NCBI GenBank assembly: GCA_963580625.1
Contig: CAUZKS010000001.1
Location: forward strand, 1 to 41,269
Length of the DNA: 41,269 bases
Direction: 5' to 3'
From: Dehalococcoidia bacterium
GTDB lineage: Bacteria; Chloroflexota; Dehalococcoidia; Lucifugimonadales; Lucifugimonadaceae
The position numbers and the translations under genes are program-made. Numbering within the stretch: position 1 is the first letter of the stretch; the number at the start of each line of letters is the position of its first letter. Positions 16,612 through 25,138 of the stretch are shown here, piece by piece. The notes below the pieces were generated by a model that worked only from the letters and a program-made list of their open reading frames with translations, ran no database searches and was not told the DNA's origin.

Positions 16612-17073
16612 ATGCACCTAAAGGTAAACGATGAATCGCTCGAGGTCACGGTCGACGCCGAGCGCACGCTGTTGAGCGTACTTCGGCATGAGCTGGGACT
16701 GATGGGCACCAAGTACGGTTGCGGCGAAGGAAATTGCGGCGCTTGCACGGTCTTGATCGACGGCGAAGCGACGCGATCATGCATTACGCCCGTCACATCG
16801 GCCGGCGGACGCGAAATCACGACAATCGAGGGTCTCGCAAACGGCGACGAACTCCACCCGGTGCAGGAAGCGTTCGTGGAGCATACGGCTTTCCAGTGTG
16901 CTTACTGCACGTCCGGCTTCATTATGAGCAGCGCCGCCCTGCTAGATCGAAATCCGAGCCCGAGCGATGAGCAGATTCAATCCGCGCTGAGCGGCCACAT
17001 CTGCCGCTGCGGTGCTTACGTCAGGATTCTTAAGGCTGTCAAATCTGTCTCCGATGAAGGGGGTGCGGAATGA
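16612..17073 (+). CDS. (2Fe-2S)-binding small subunit of a xanthine dehydrogenase-family molybdoenzyme (IorA/CoxS-like)
   Basis: 153 aa. Plant-type cluster motif CGEGNCGACTV and second cluster motif QCAYCTSG...CRCGAY. AAAGGGG Shine-Dalgarno upstream. The stop overlaps the next start (ATGA). Confidence 0.85.
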   Translation: MHLKVNDESLEVTVDAERTLLSVLRHELGLMGTKYGCGEGNCGACTVLIDGEATRSCITPVTSAGGREITTIEGLANGDELHPVQEAFVEHTAFQCAYCTSGFIMSSAALLDRNPSPSDEQIQSALSGHICRCGAYVRILKAVKSVSDEGGAE

Positions 17074-19109
17074 GTCTTCATGAATCTCCGCACGAAGTCG
17101 CCCTAACCGTCATCGGCACACCCCGCTGGTCACTTGAGCCGGACCCCCGAACGCCCCCGGGCGACCCGGCGACGTTGCTGACCATCGATGACGACGGCGT
17201 CATCACGGCGTTCTCCGGGAAGGTCGAATACGGCCAGGGGATACGGAACGGGTTTGCGATCGAGATCGCGGACGAGCTAGACGTGGCCGTGGATTCGGTG
17301 CGCATCATCCTTGGCGACACCGATCTAGTGCCACAGGATCGCGGCACGACCGGCAGCGCATCTACCCGAACCGTCGGGATCCAGCTGCGCCGTGCGGCGG
17401 CGACGGCTCGCCTGACGCTGATCAACCTCGCAGCTACACGCCTCGAAGTAGGGGCCGGTTCACTGAAGACGCTGGCCGGTCGGGTGGTGTCTGAAGATGG
17501 CTCACACGGCGTCAAATACGCAGATCTACTATCGGGCCAGATGCTAATCGTGGACATACCGGAGGTCGTGGAGGTCAAGGCAGTCGACGAGTTTCAGCTG
17601 ATGGGACGACCGGCTAGGCGTATCGATGCGATTTCACGCGTTACAGGGGGCGCCAGGTACGCACAGGACGTGGTCGTGCCAGGGATGCTGTACGGCAAGA
17701 TTCTCCGGCCGCCGTCTTACGGTGCGAAGTTGGTGCAAATAGACACGGCACGTGCCGAGCAAGTGAGCGGCGTGGTGTCGGTGGTGAAAGACGGGGATTT
17801 CGTGGGTGTCGTGGCGGAAAGGGAAGATGCCGCCGAATATGCCGTGGAGGCGATTCGAGCACGATGGGAAGAGAGCCGTGACACAGCTTCAGACTGGAAC
17901 ATTCCTGCGCTGCTAAAGGAACGTGCAGAAGAGCCAACCGCGCTCCGTGAAGATGGCGATCTAGACTCGGCATTTTTTTCCGCAGCGCGTGTTTTTGAGA
18001 ACACCTACTACGTGCCTTACGTTTCCAACGCCCAGATGGAGCCGAGTGCATCGGTCGCACAATGGGACGGCGATCATTTGACGGTCTGGTGCGCTAACCG
18101 AGGTCCATTTGCAGAACGGGACAGTCTGGCCGAGATGTTCGGGTTAGACACAAGCCATGTACGTGTGATCGCGGCGGAGATCGGCGGTTCGTTCGGCACA
18201 AAGACGCCGACGGTTTCGCACGAGGCGGCGCGGCTTGCCAGGGCCGTCGACGCTCCGGTCCGTGTCTCCTACGATCGCGCCGAGGAGTTCGGGTGGAGCA
18301 CTGTCCGACCGGCGGCGACGTTCGAGGTGAAGAGTGGTGTGGATGCGGACGGGAAGATCGTGGCGTGGGACTACACGGCCTTCCATGCGGGCGAGAACGC
18401 ATTCCGCGGGCAGCGCGGGGCCGACACGCCGTACGACGTGGATAACGTTCGTATCGCTGTTGCCGCTTCCGAGTCACCGTTGCAGTCAGGTTCCTACCGA
18501 TCTCTTGGTGGAGCGACCAACCACTTCGCCCGCGAGGTCCACATGGACGAGATTGCTATCGGACTCGGACTTGACCCACTGGAGTTCCGTCTAAGCAACC
18601 TTTCGCACGCCCGTTTAAGGGCATGCCTTGTAGCCGCAGCCAAGACGTTTGGCTGGGCTTATCGTGAGAAGAAGCCCGGCGTGGGATTCGGGCTGGCGAT
18701 CGGATACGACGCGGGAAGCTTCACGGCGCAGTGCGTTGAGGTATTGGTCGAAAACGGGGAAGCCCGTGTCATCCGTGTGATGGTCGGGTTCGACTGCGGG
18801 CTTGTTGTAAACCCTGACGGCGCACGTAACCAGATCGAAGGCTCGATCGTCATGGGCATGGGGACGGCGTTGTGGGAGGCGGTGGAGTTCGACGGTGGCC
18901 GTGTGCTGAACGCCGGGTTCGCACGGTACAGGGTTCCACGGATCACCGACACGCCGGAGATAGAGGTAGTGTTCACGGGTGACGACGATATGCCATCTTC
19001 AGGTGCAGGTGAGCCCGGTATCGTGCCTATCGCAGCAGCAATCGCTAACGCGGTACGGGATGCTACGGGCACGGCGATCGAGGAATTACCTATCGTGCCG
19101 CGGCTGTAG
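17070..19109 (+). CDS. Molybdopterin-binding large subunit, xanthine dehydrogenase family (IorB-like)
   Basis: 679 aa. GKVEYGQGIRN...DTDLVPQDRGTTGSAST near the N-terminus, then an a/b-hammerhead-like segment (RIDAISRVTGGARYAQD), then EIGGSFGTK, and a C-terminal GAGEPGIVPIAAAIANA. This domain order resembles IorB-type rather than CoxL-type subunits. Confidence 0.8.
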   Translation: MSLHESPHEVALTVIGTPRWSLEPDPRTPPGDPATLLTIDDDGVITAFSGKVEYGQGIRNGFAIEIADELDVAVDSVRIILGDTDLVPQDRGTTGSASTRTVGIQLRRAAATARLTLINLAATRLEVGAGSLKTLAGRVVSEDGSHGVKYADLLSGQMLIVDIPEVVEVKAVDEFQLMGRPARRIDAISRVTGGARYAQDVVVPGMLYGKILRPPSYGAKLVQIDTARAEQVSGVVSVVKDGDFVGVVAEREDAAEYAVEAIRARWEESRDTASDWNIPALLKERAEEPTALREDGDLDSAFFSAARVFENTYYVPYVSNAQMEPSASVAQWDGDHLTVWCANRGPFAERDSLAEMFGLDTSHVRVIAAEIGGSFGTKTPTVSHEAARLARAVDAPVRVSYDRAEEFGWSTVRPAATFEVKSGVDADGKIVAWDYTAFHAGENAFRGQRGADTPYDVDNVRIAVAASESPLQSGSYRSLGGATNHFAREVHMDEIAIGLGLDPLEFRLSNLSHARLRACLVAAAKTFGWAYREKKPGVGFGLAIGYDAGSFTAQCVEVLVENGEARVIRVMVGFDCGLVVNPDGARNQIEGSIVMGMGTALWEAVEFDGGRVLNAGFARYRVPRITDTPEIEVVFTGDDDMPSSGAGEPGIVPIAAAIANAVRDATGTAIEELPIVPRL

Positions 19110-19157
19110 GTTCATAAGCTTCGGATTACTTATGGAGACGAATACTAACCCGTGCAA

Positions 19158-19207
19158 TGGTGGGCCCTGTCGGATTCGAACCGACGACCTGCGGATTAAA
19201 AGTCCGA
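19158..19207 (-). pseudogene. 3' fragment of tRNA-Lys (UUU): anticodon arm to CCA, no 5' half
   Basis: The reverse complement reads TCGGA-CTTTTAA-TCCGC, AGGTC, GTCGG-TTCGAAT-CCGAC, AGGGCCC, A, CCA. No GGGCCCT acceptor partner or proper D arm lies upstream. Only a degenerate D-arm-like GCTGAGT...GCAGAACAT is present. Confidence 0.6.
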
Positions 19208-19311
19208 TGTTCTGCAGTCGGTATTTGGACTGACTCAGCGAGATTTCAGATCAAACTCACCGCAACGATAATTCTGATCGATGTAATTGCGACACCGGGA
19301 TCAGGACGCTG

Positions 19312-19327
19312 ACGTATTGCCATACGC
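19312..19327. repeat. REP-like palindrome, family 3, copy 3
   Basis: ACGTATTGCCATACGC shares a 15-nt identity with 11992-12006. It lies between convergent genes. Confidence 0.5.
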
Positions 19328-19374
19328 CCTTAAGGTGTTGACGCAACATTGGGTGGGGATCCGCGGTCGGCGGA

Positions 19375-21024
19375 TTAGCGGCCTTCCTGTATGAAGTCTG
19401 CTATTCGTTCGCCCATCGCTATTACCGTTGCGTTGATGTTGGCACGTACACAGTCCGGCATGATTGATGCATCGGCAACCCGCAGACCGTCTGCGCCGTG
19501 AACTTTTCCGAACTGATCCACGACCGCCATCGGATCTGACTCCGGTCCCATCTTCGCCGTGCATGAGATGTGGTGACCGGTCATCACTTCACGCATCATC
19601 CATTCATCCAGCGACTCGTCCGATTCCAGATCGGCGTCCATCGGTGTGATGCGGTGATCGATCAACTCGTCCATGTCGGGGCTCTCACCCAACTTCACAA
19701 GCATCCGGATGCCATCACGGAATCGTCGGCGGTCCTCTTCTTCCTGCAGATAGTTGTAGTCGAGTAGTACCGAATCAGCCGGATCGGCAGAAGCCAGCCG
19801 GATCTCGCCGGAACCTTTCGCAAGGTTGATGCAGAGGTTTGTCTGGATGCGGTCCACATCTGTCCGCAATCCACCGCGGTCAGATCGTTCGCTTGCCGAC
19901 GTCATCATGTACACGATCATGTCGTTATCAACTGGCGAACCTTCCGCTGTATAGCGGAGTGTGAGTTGAATGCGGGGAGTCATTGAATCAAGTTCAACTT
20001 CCGGCTTCGTTTTCCAGTTGACGAACAACATCGGGTGGTCGCGCAGATTCTGGCCGACTCCCGGCAGATCAAGCATCGTGTCGATACCGTGTTCGCTCAG
20101 GTGGTCTGAGGGACCAATGCCGGACAGCATTAACAACTGTGGCGACCCGATGGCACCGGCGCTAAGGACGATCTCGTCCGCTTCTACCACATAAGTCTCG
20201 CCCCCTGATTCCACTTCAACTCCCGTTGCAAGTGGTGTGGTTCCAGACATGTCGAATACGATGCGACGGACAAGTACGTCAGGGCGGATCGTCAGGTTCA
20301 GGCGATGTCTGGACTGCCCCAGATAGCCTATGGCGGTTGACCATCGAATACCCTGGGGATTGTTCAGCGCCAGCGGACCGACACCCGTGCTGCCAGGGGC
20401 GTTTGCGTCTTCGCATGCCGGAAATCCGGCGGCGAGACAGGCCTTTTCAAATGCCACGCTAGGAGGCAGCCAGGTCTCGCGTGGAAATCGGTGGCAGATG
20501 ATCGGACCGTCAGATCCGTGGAAGTCTCCGGGGTCGTCCTGATATGTGGTATCGGTCTCGATCTCGCGAAAGTACGGGAGCATCTTCTGGAAGCTCCACT
20601 CGTCGTTACCCCATGACGCCCAATCGTCGTAATCCTCCGGCATCCCGCGAAGGAAGATCTGGCCGTTTATCGCGCTTGAACCGCCTGTTACACGGCCTCG
20701 AGGAACCTGTATCTCTGCCTGGTTTGTCGCCCGGGCGGTGAACTTCCAGTTGTGTTCGCTGGTCGTGATCTCGGTTCCGGTCGCGTATCCGTACTTGACC
20801 TCGTCCGGCAGCGAATCGATATCCGGATAGTCTGGTCCGGCCTCCAACAGGAGGACCGAGTGGTCCGGGTCTTCCGTCAGCCGTGTCGCGATGGTCGCTC
20901 CGGCCGAACCTGCTCCGATAACGATGGTGTCGTACTTCAATTTTCTAGATCCCGTCGAAGAACAACCGCGGGTTGAGCGCGGCGATTGAAATATCGTGTG
21001 TTGTGCAGGCGATCGACAACGCAC
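19375..21024 (-). CDS. GMC family FAD-dependent oxidoreductase (choline dehydrogenase-like)
   Basis: 549 aa. FAD fingerprint YDTIVIGAGSAGATIATRL, plus GGSSAINGQIF and a C-terminal HISCTAKMG...VADASIMP. The Arg/Ser-rich first 28 aa are probably not translated. TTG at 20940 (MKYDTIVIG) is the likely start. Confidence 0.85.
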   Translation of the reverse strand: MRCRSPAQHTIFQSPRSTRGCSSTGSRKLKYDTIVIGAGSAGATIATRLTEDPDHSVLLLEAGPDYPDIDSLPDEVKYGYATGTEITTSEHNWKFTARATNQAEIQVPRGRVTGGSSAINGQIFLRGMPEDYDDWASWGNDEWSFQKMLPYFREIETDTTYQDDPGDFHGSDGPIICHRFPRETWLPPSVAFEKACLAAGFPACEDANAPGSTGVGPLALNNPQGIRWSTAIGYLGQSRHRLNLTIRPDVLVRRIVFDMSGTTPLATGVEVESGGETYVVEADEIVLSAGAIGSPQLLMLSGIGPSDHLSEHGIDTMLDLPGVGQNLRDHPMLFVNWKTKPEVELDSMTPRIQLTLRYTAEGSPVDNDMIVYMMTSASERSDRGGLRTDVDRIQTNLCINLAKGSGEIRLASADPADSVLLDYNYLQEEEDRRRFRDGIRMLVKLGESPDMDELIDHRITPMDADLESDESLDEWMMREVMTGHHISCTAKMGPESDPMAVVDQFGKVHGADGLRVADASIMPDCVRANINATVIAMGERIADFIQEGR

Positions 21025-21037
21025 CCAAAATGAAGAG

Positions 21038-21355
21038 TTACGGCTGCGGAGAGAAAGGCGCTGCGTTCATCATCTGGGTGGACTGCTTCAAGATCAGTCC
21101 TTTGGTCATCGGCTGATACTCGTTGATCCATCGGGGATCGCTCCGGAACGCTGCACGCGCTTTTTCATAGTGAGCGTAGTCTTCGTACGCCCAGATGTGG
21201 ACGACTCGGTTCAGGGTTCCAATATCTGTGTAGTACCAACCGGCAAGTTTAATGCCGTGGTCTTGGCGTACCTTGAGGCCAACTTTCTCGACGGCCTCAA
21301 GGTATTTCGGGACCTGGCCGACCGCTATGTCGTAGGTGCGCATGTCGTAGATCAC
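21038..21355 (-). CDS. NIPSNAP family protein
   Basis: 105 aa. MIYDMRTYDI...VVHIWAYEDYAHYEKARAAF is the typical NIPSNAP ferredoxin-like signature. Confidence 0.7.
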   Translation of the reverse strand: MIYDMRTYDIAVGQVPKYLEAVEKVGLKVRQDHGIKLAGWYYTDIGTLNRVVHIWAYEDYAHYEKARAAFRSDPRWINEYQPMTKGLILKQSTQMMNAAPFSPQP

Positions 21356-21517
21356 GGGTCGGCCTCCCTGAGAAATTTTTGAATTGCTAGAGCATGTTCA
21401 ATGCATAAAGCCAGACCGCGGCAATAGAGTCAAGCCAGAGCCGGAATATGACGGTTGTCTTTTTCTACCCGAATAGATCGACCGTAGAGCGCGAGAGTTC
21501 CTTTGCACACAATGGAA

Positions 21518-22531
21518 TTACCTTTGCAGACGCTCAACGTCCGCCCATGTACCGGAGTCGATCGACGCCTCTGCAGCGAGGCCGGTCAGTTGCAGAGCGA
21601 CGGCTGTTGCTGATCCAGTGCGGGTTTCGTCACCTGTTCCAATCCCGGCGATAAACGCAGCGATCGATTCGTGCATGCCCGGCCAGCCGGCGTGAGGTTG
21701 TTCCGCCGGGCAAGATTCGCTTCGCCACTCCGGAGTCTGCCTTGAACGAATACGTAACTCGCCCCGGAACAGGTCCGCTTCAAGATCACCGTCACTTCCG
21801 TGAACGGTTATATGCGCTCCAAGTTCTCCCACAGACTGGATATTGGCGGCAAAAGTAGCCCAGACGCCTTCGTAATCAAGCTGTACGAGAGTCTGTGACT
21901 GCATCCTGCCGGTTACTCCTGCCCCATCCTGCACAAGCACACGTTTCGGCGTCTGTCCGAGCACGCGGTTGAGGGGGTCCAGGTACCACGGTATGAGTTG
22001 GCATGCCAGGCTTACGTCAGATCCCGGCACCGGACCCCAACCGGATGTCATCGTCACGGACGCGCCGTGTGGCATGCCGATAACACCTGTGGAAATTAGC
22101 GTAGCCGCATGGTCGACAACCGGTAGATACGATAGTTCAAGATCGGCGTGTGTGATCTGACGCGCTGAAGTCAAGCGTTCTATCTCGACGTGAAGCTGGT
22201 CACGCCTGTTAGATAGCGGTGGTTCGTAGAACACGGGCAGGCCGGAAGCGAGCGCAGCACCGATAGTGACCGCATGCTGGTCTTCTGTCACGGCGATCAT
22301 GACGGCGTCGACCACGCCCGGATCGAGGAGCTTTTGAAAATCCGACGTGATGAGGGCGTTCTGGCCAAGTGACGCCCGAGCCGCGTTCTGTGTGGAGTCA
22401 CTTCGGCCTGCGGCGGCCGCGACTTCTATGCCACGGTTTTTTACGATAGCGGGCAGATAGGCGTTAATCGCCCATGAGCCGAAACCGATGATTCCAACCC
22501 GAATGTGATGTGGATCTGACATAGGCGACAT
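21518..22531 (-). CDS. Gfo/Idh/MocA family oxidoreductase
   Basis: 337 aa. N-terminal Rossmann IRVGIIGFGSWAINAYLPAI and the EPPLS motif (FYEPPLS). Confidence 0.75.
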   Translation of the reverse strand: MSPMSDPHHIRVGIIGFGSWAINAYLPAIVKNRGIEVAAAAGRSDSTQNAARASLGQNALITSDFQKLLDPGVVDAVMIAVTEDQHAVTIGAALASGLPVFYEPPLSNRRDQLHVEIERLTSARQITHADLELSYLPVVDHAATLISTGVIGMPHGASVTMTSGWGPVPGSDVSLACQLIPWYLDPLNRVLGQTPKRVLVQDGAGVTGRMQSQTLVQLDYEGVWATFAANIQSVGELGAHITVHGSDGDLEADLFRGELRIRSRQTPEWRSESCPAEQPHAGWPGMHESIAAFIAGIGTGDETRTGSATAVALQLTGLAAEASIDSGTWADVERLQR

Positions 22532-22610
22532 CGTACGGGAGCGTACAGCACCTTGACCCTCTCACTTGAAGCGATATACATTTGAGTTGTCCCACTACCA
22601 TAGATTTTCG

Positions 22611-22685
22611 AGCGGAAGTGGCTCAGTGGTAGAGCATCACCTTGCCAAGGTGAGGGTCGCGAGTTCGAATCTCGTCTTCCGCTCC
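22611..22685 (+). tRNA. tRNA-Gly (GCC), CCA encoded
   Basis: Acceptor GCGGAAG/CTTCCGC, D arm GCTC-AGTGGTA-GAGC, anticodon arm TCACC-TTGCCAA-GGTGA, T arm GCGAG-TTCGAAT-CTCGT. Confidence 0.95.
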
Positions 22686-22704
22686 ACTAGAAATAACTTA
22701 ATCA

Positions 22705-22730
22705 GAAACCCTCGCTACGGCGGGGGTTTT
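22705..22730 (+). terminator. Rho-independent terminator after tRNA-Gly
   Basis: Stem AAACCCTCGC / GCGGGGGTTT around the loop TACG, followed by a T-run. Confidence 0.65.
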
Positions 22731-22874
22731 TGTGTTGTTGGCGTTTGCTGACTCAATTCACACGCCATCCTGACGAGATCTGAACCCGGGTGCTGGCGAT
22801 GACGGCGCGTGCGGGTAGCTTTGCAGCAAGTTCAACTGTGCCCAGTGAACGATAATCGGTCAGCGCAAGGCAAT

Positions 22875-22904
22875 AAAAAAGGGCCGCCCGCTGACGGACT
22901 GCCC
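22875..22904 (-). terminator. Rho-independent terminator of the IscA/HesB-like gene
   Basis: On the minus strand GGGCAGTCCG-TCAG-CGGGCGGCCC forms a 10-bp stem with one mismatch, followed by TTTTTT. Confidence 0.7.
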
Positions 22905-22932
22905 TTTCTCGTTCAGATCTTTGTTATCGGGG

Positions 22933-23451
22933 TTAGTGGGCGTGACCACCGCCACCGCCACCGCAGCCGCAACCACCACCACCACCGCCACATCCACCAC
23001 CGCCGCCACCGCCGCATGCGCAGCCGCCGCCAGCCTGGCCGTGTGGGTCTTGCTGTGCCTCTGCGCCGCCACCGCAGCCACAAGCGCCGCTGCCACATCC
23101 GCCTGCGCTGGCGAAGTTCGGGTTAGAGATTACAAATCCGCTGCGCTGCAGGCCATCGACGTAGTCAATGCTTGATCCCTGCAAAAGTGGGGAACTCTCA
23201 GCGTCAACGACGATTTTTACGCCGAAGTACTCAACAAGAGTGTCGTTCTCGGTTGGCGTCTCTTCCAGTCCGAGGATGTATTCAACGCCGCCCGCCGCAC
23301 CAGGAGCTAGAGAAATCCGGATAAGACCATCACCGGCATCCTGCTCGGCAAGTACTTCCTTAAATTTTGAGGAAGCAGCCTCAGTAACCGTGAGAAGGGT
23401 CGAGTTCTCGATCACCATGTAGTTCTCCGTATCTCCAGATGGTCCAAACAA
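22933..23451 (-). CDS. IscA/HesB-like (A-type Fe-S carrier fold) protein with a C-terminal Gly/Cys-rich tail
   Basis: The core aligns by eye with IscA: LTVTEAA...FKEVL, IRISLAPGAAGG.EYILGL, VKIVVDAESSPLLQGSSIDYV, GFVISNPNF and ...CGCG. The likely start is ATG 23418, with a GGAG Shine-Dalgarno 6 nt upstream, giving 161 aa. The tail is SAGGCGSGACGCGGGAEAQQDPHGQAGGGCACGGGGGGGCGGGGGGCGCGGGGGGHAH. Confidence 0.7.
   Translation of the reverse strand: MFGPSGDTENYMVIENSTLLTVTEAASSKFKEVLAEQDAGDGLIRISLAPGAAGGVEYILGLEETPTENDTLVEYFGVKIVVDAESSPLLQGSSIDYVDGLQRSGFVISNPNFASAGGCGSGACGCGGGAEAQQDPHGQAGGGCACGGGGGGGCGGGGGGCGCGGGGGGHAH
22936..23109. repeat. Triplet-periodic low-complexity DNA, (GGN/TGY)n on the minus strand
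   Basis: Runs of CCACCGCCACCGCCACCGCAGCCGCAACCACCACC... keep several frames open on both strands (ORFs 22809-23126+, 22921-23175+, 22860-23096-, 22913-23098-). Confidence 0.85.
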
Positions 23452-23766
23452 CTATTTGACCATTGTACGCAATGCCGTCGAGTAATCGCGCTTTTTCTCG
23501 AGATTAACGCATTCCGTCGCGATTCACTTCACCAACAACACATATCGTATACCAATAGTTCCAAGACGCACTAACGGGGCGTAACATGGTTTATGTGACT
23601 TTAGTAACGAACGGTTCCGTAAGAATAGTCCGATTATTTGACTGGTATCGCAATCCGAGAATTGCCTAAAGGTCATCTCCCCGGTGGGTAGTTCCCTCAA
23701 TAATAGCATTAGCTTTCCCGGGAACCCGACTCAACCGATCCACCTCACACTTAATTCGAAATATGA

Positions 23767-24228
23767 ATGGGGAACCCCTCGCACATGGATGAGTTAGACC
23801 GACAAATCATCACTATTCTGGAGAAAGACGGCCGCGCCGCCAACGCAACGATTGCTCGTAAGGTTGGTGTCAGCGAGGGAACGGTTCGCCGGCGGCTAAA
23901 GCGCCTGATCGGCGATGAAATTATCAAGGTGATGGCCTTCCCGGACCCCAAGGCTCTTGGATTCGAGTCCGAGGCGCTTATCGGCGTGCAGGTGGACCCG
24001 GACAAGATGGACCAAGTTGCCACAGAGCTTTCCAACCTGGAAAACACACGCTGGGTGGCGTTGGCGACCGGTACCTTCGATATCTTCGCCTGGGCGATAC
24101 TGCCCGACGCCGAGAAGCTAGGGCGCTTTCTCCGTGAAAAGGTCGGCGTGATCCCCGGCGTGCGGCGCACTGAGACATTCGTAACTCTGGCGATCCGCAA
24201 AAGGGACTACGGCCTCCCGATCGCCTAG
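23767..24228 (+). CDS. Lrp/AsnC family transcriptional regulator
   Basis: 153 aa. N-terminal HTH LDRQIITILEKDGRAANATIARKVGVSEGTVRRRLKRL and a C-terminal AsnC-type effector domain. It is divergent from the IscA-like gene across 315 bp. Confidence 0.85.
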   Translation: MGNPSHMDELDRQIITILEKDGRAANATIARKVGVSEGTVRRRLKRLIGDEIIKVMAFPDPKALGFESEALIGVQVDPDKMDQVATELSNLENTRWVALATGTFDIFAWAILPDAEKLGRFLREKVGVIPGVRRTETFVTLAIRKRDYGLPIA

Positions 24229-24346
24229 CTGATCGGTCGGCGGTCAACGATTTCGAAATAAAAGGATTTCCGGGGTAAATTGGCATCGGGACTTGCGGTA
24301 AGTCCTCCAAGGCCAGAAACTCTCTCCTCCGCTTGTCGTCAGACGA

Positions 24347-25039
24347 TTGGCGACAAATTGGCGGCAAGTTGCCCTTTTTCATACAGGAGCATTGATGACC
24401 ACCGCGGTCTCCAAACAAAATCGCACACTTTTAGACGCCCTCGTCCCGTACAGAGGCATCTGGGTGGACATCGCGACCATCATCGTCGGCAGCCTCGTGA
24501 TTGCGGCGTTCGCGCAACTTAAGTACACCCTCCCGACCACGGTCGTTCCGATCACCGGACAGACCTTTGCGGTCTTGCTTGTGGCGGCCACCGTTGGGTC
24601 TAAAAGAGGCGGACTTGCAGCGGTTTTATATCTGTTTGAGGGTTCCGCCGGGTTGCCTTTCTGGGCGGGCGGCTCATCGGGCACGATCTGGAGCATCGTT
24701 TCCGGCGGCTACATCGTCGGATTCATCCCCGCCGCGTTCTTGGTCGGATTCCTGGCCGAGAGAGGTTGGGACCGCGGGCCGTGGCTCATTGGTGCTCTGG
24801 TGCTCGCCAACGCCGTGATCTACGTCCCTGGACTCTGGTGGCTCGGCCACGAACTGGGCACAAGTTACGGAAAATCTCTGGAGTTCGGCCTCTGGCCGTT
24901 CATTGTGGGTGATTTGGCGAAGATCGTCCTCGTGTCCCTGGCGTTGCCTACGGCATGGTCTCTCTACAACCGATACGACCCCCGTTCTGGACATTCTGGG
25001 TCTTCCGGGCGCGAATCGGATTCCGACGGTAATCTGTAG
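24347..25039 (+). CDS. bioY: Biotin transporter BioY (ECF S-component)
   Basis: VPITGQTFAVLLVAATVGSKRGGLAAVLYLFEGSAGLPFWAGG and multiple hydrophobic helices. The likely start is ATG 24395, preceded by AGGAG (24384-24388). Confidence 0.8.
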   Translation: MATNWRQVALFHTGALMTTAVSKQNRTLLDALVPYRGIWVDIATIIVGSLVIAAFAQLKYTLPTTVVPITGQTFAVLLVAATVGSKRGGLAAVLYLFEGSAGLPFWAGGSSGTIWSIVSGGYIVGFIPAAFLVGFLAERGWDRGPWLIGALVLANAVIYVPGLWWLGHELGTSYGKSLEFGLWPFIVGDLAKIVLVSLALPTAWSLYNRYDPRSGHSGSSGRESDSDGNL

Positions 25040-25138
25040 GGGTCCGGTCGCCCTCTCTGGTCACTGGATCCCACGCCGTTAATTACTTCCTGTCAGGCCG
25101 GAACATCCCGGTCTGACACACACATATTCGAGGCCCAT

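Noticed and set aside
22776-22920. 10-bp inverted repeat AGATCTGAAC ... GTTCAGATCT about 125 bp apart downstream of tRNA-Gly, considered as MITE termini.
   Set aside because: Several such 10-bp inverted repeats within 150 bp are expected by chance in this window. No target-site duplication is evident, and the interval already contains the IscA-like gene terminator.
22809-23175. Four extra ORFs over the Gly/Cys tail region, with His/Arg-rich, Ala/Thr-rich and Trp/Arg-rich translations.
   Set aside because: They are by-products of the triplet-periodic CCN/GCN low-complexity DNA. Only the minus-strand frame continues from an IscA-like domain that has a Shine-Dalgarno and a terminator.
24229-24394. 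Inverted repeats upstream of bioY (TTGTCG-N12-CGACAA and GGCAA-G-TTGCC), considered as a BirA-type operator or attenuator.
   Set aside because: The arms are short (5-6 bp), at a chance-level frequency, and do not resemble a bio operator consensus I can recall.
25040-25138. Possible T-box or other leader upstream of aspS.
   Set aside because: The spacer is only about 100 nt. No specifier or antiterminator-like structure is recognisable, so it is too short for a T-box.
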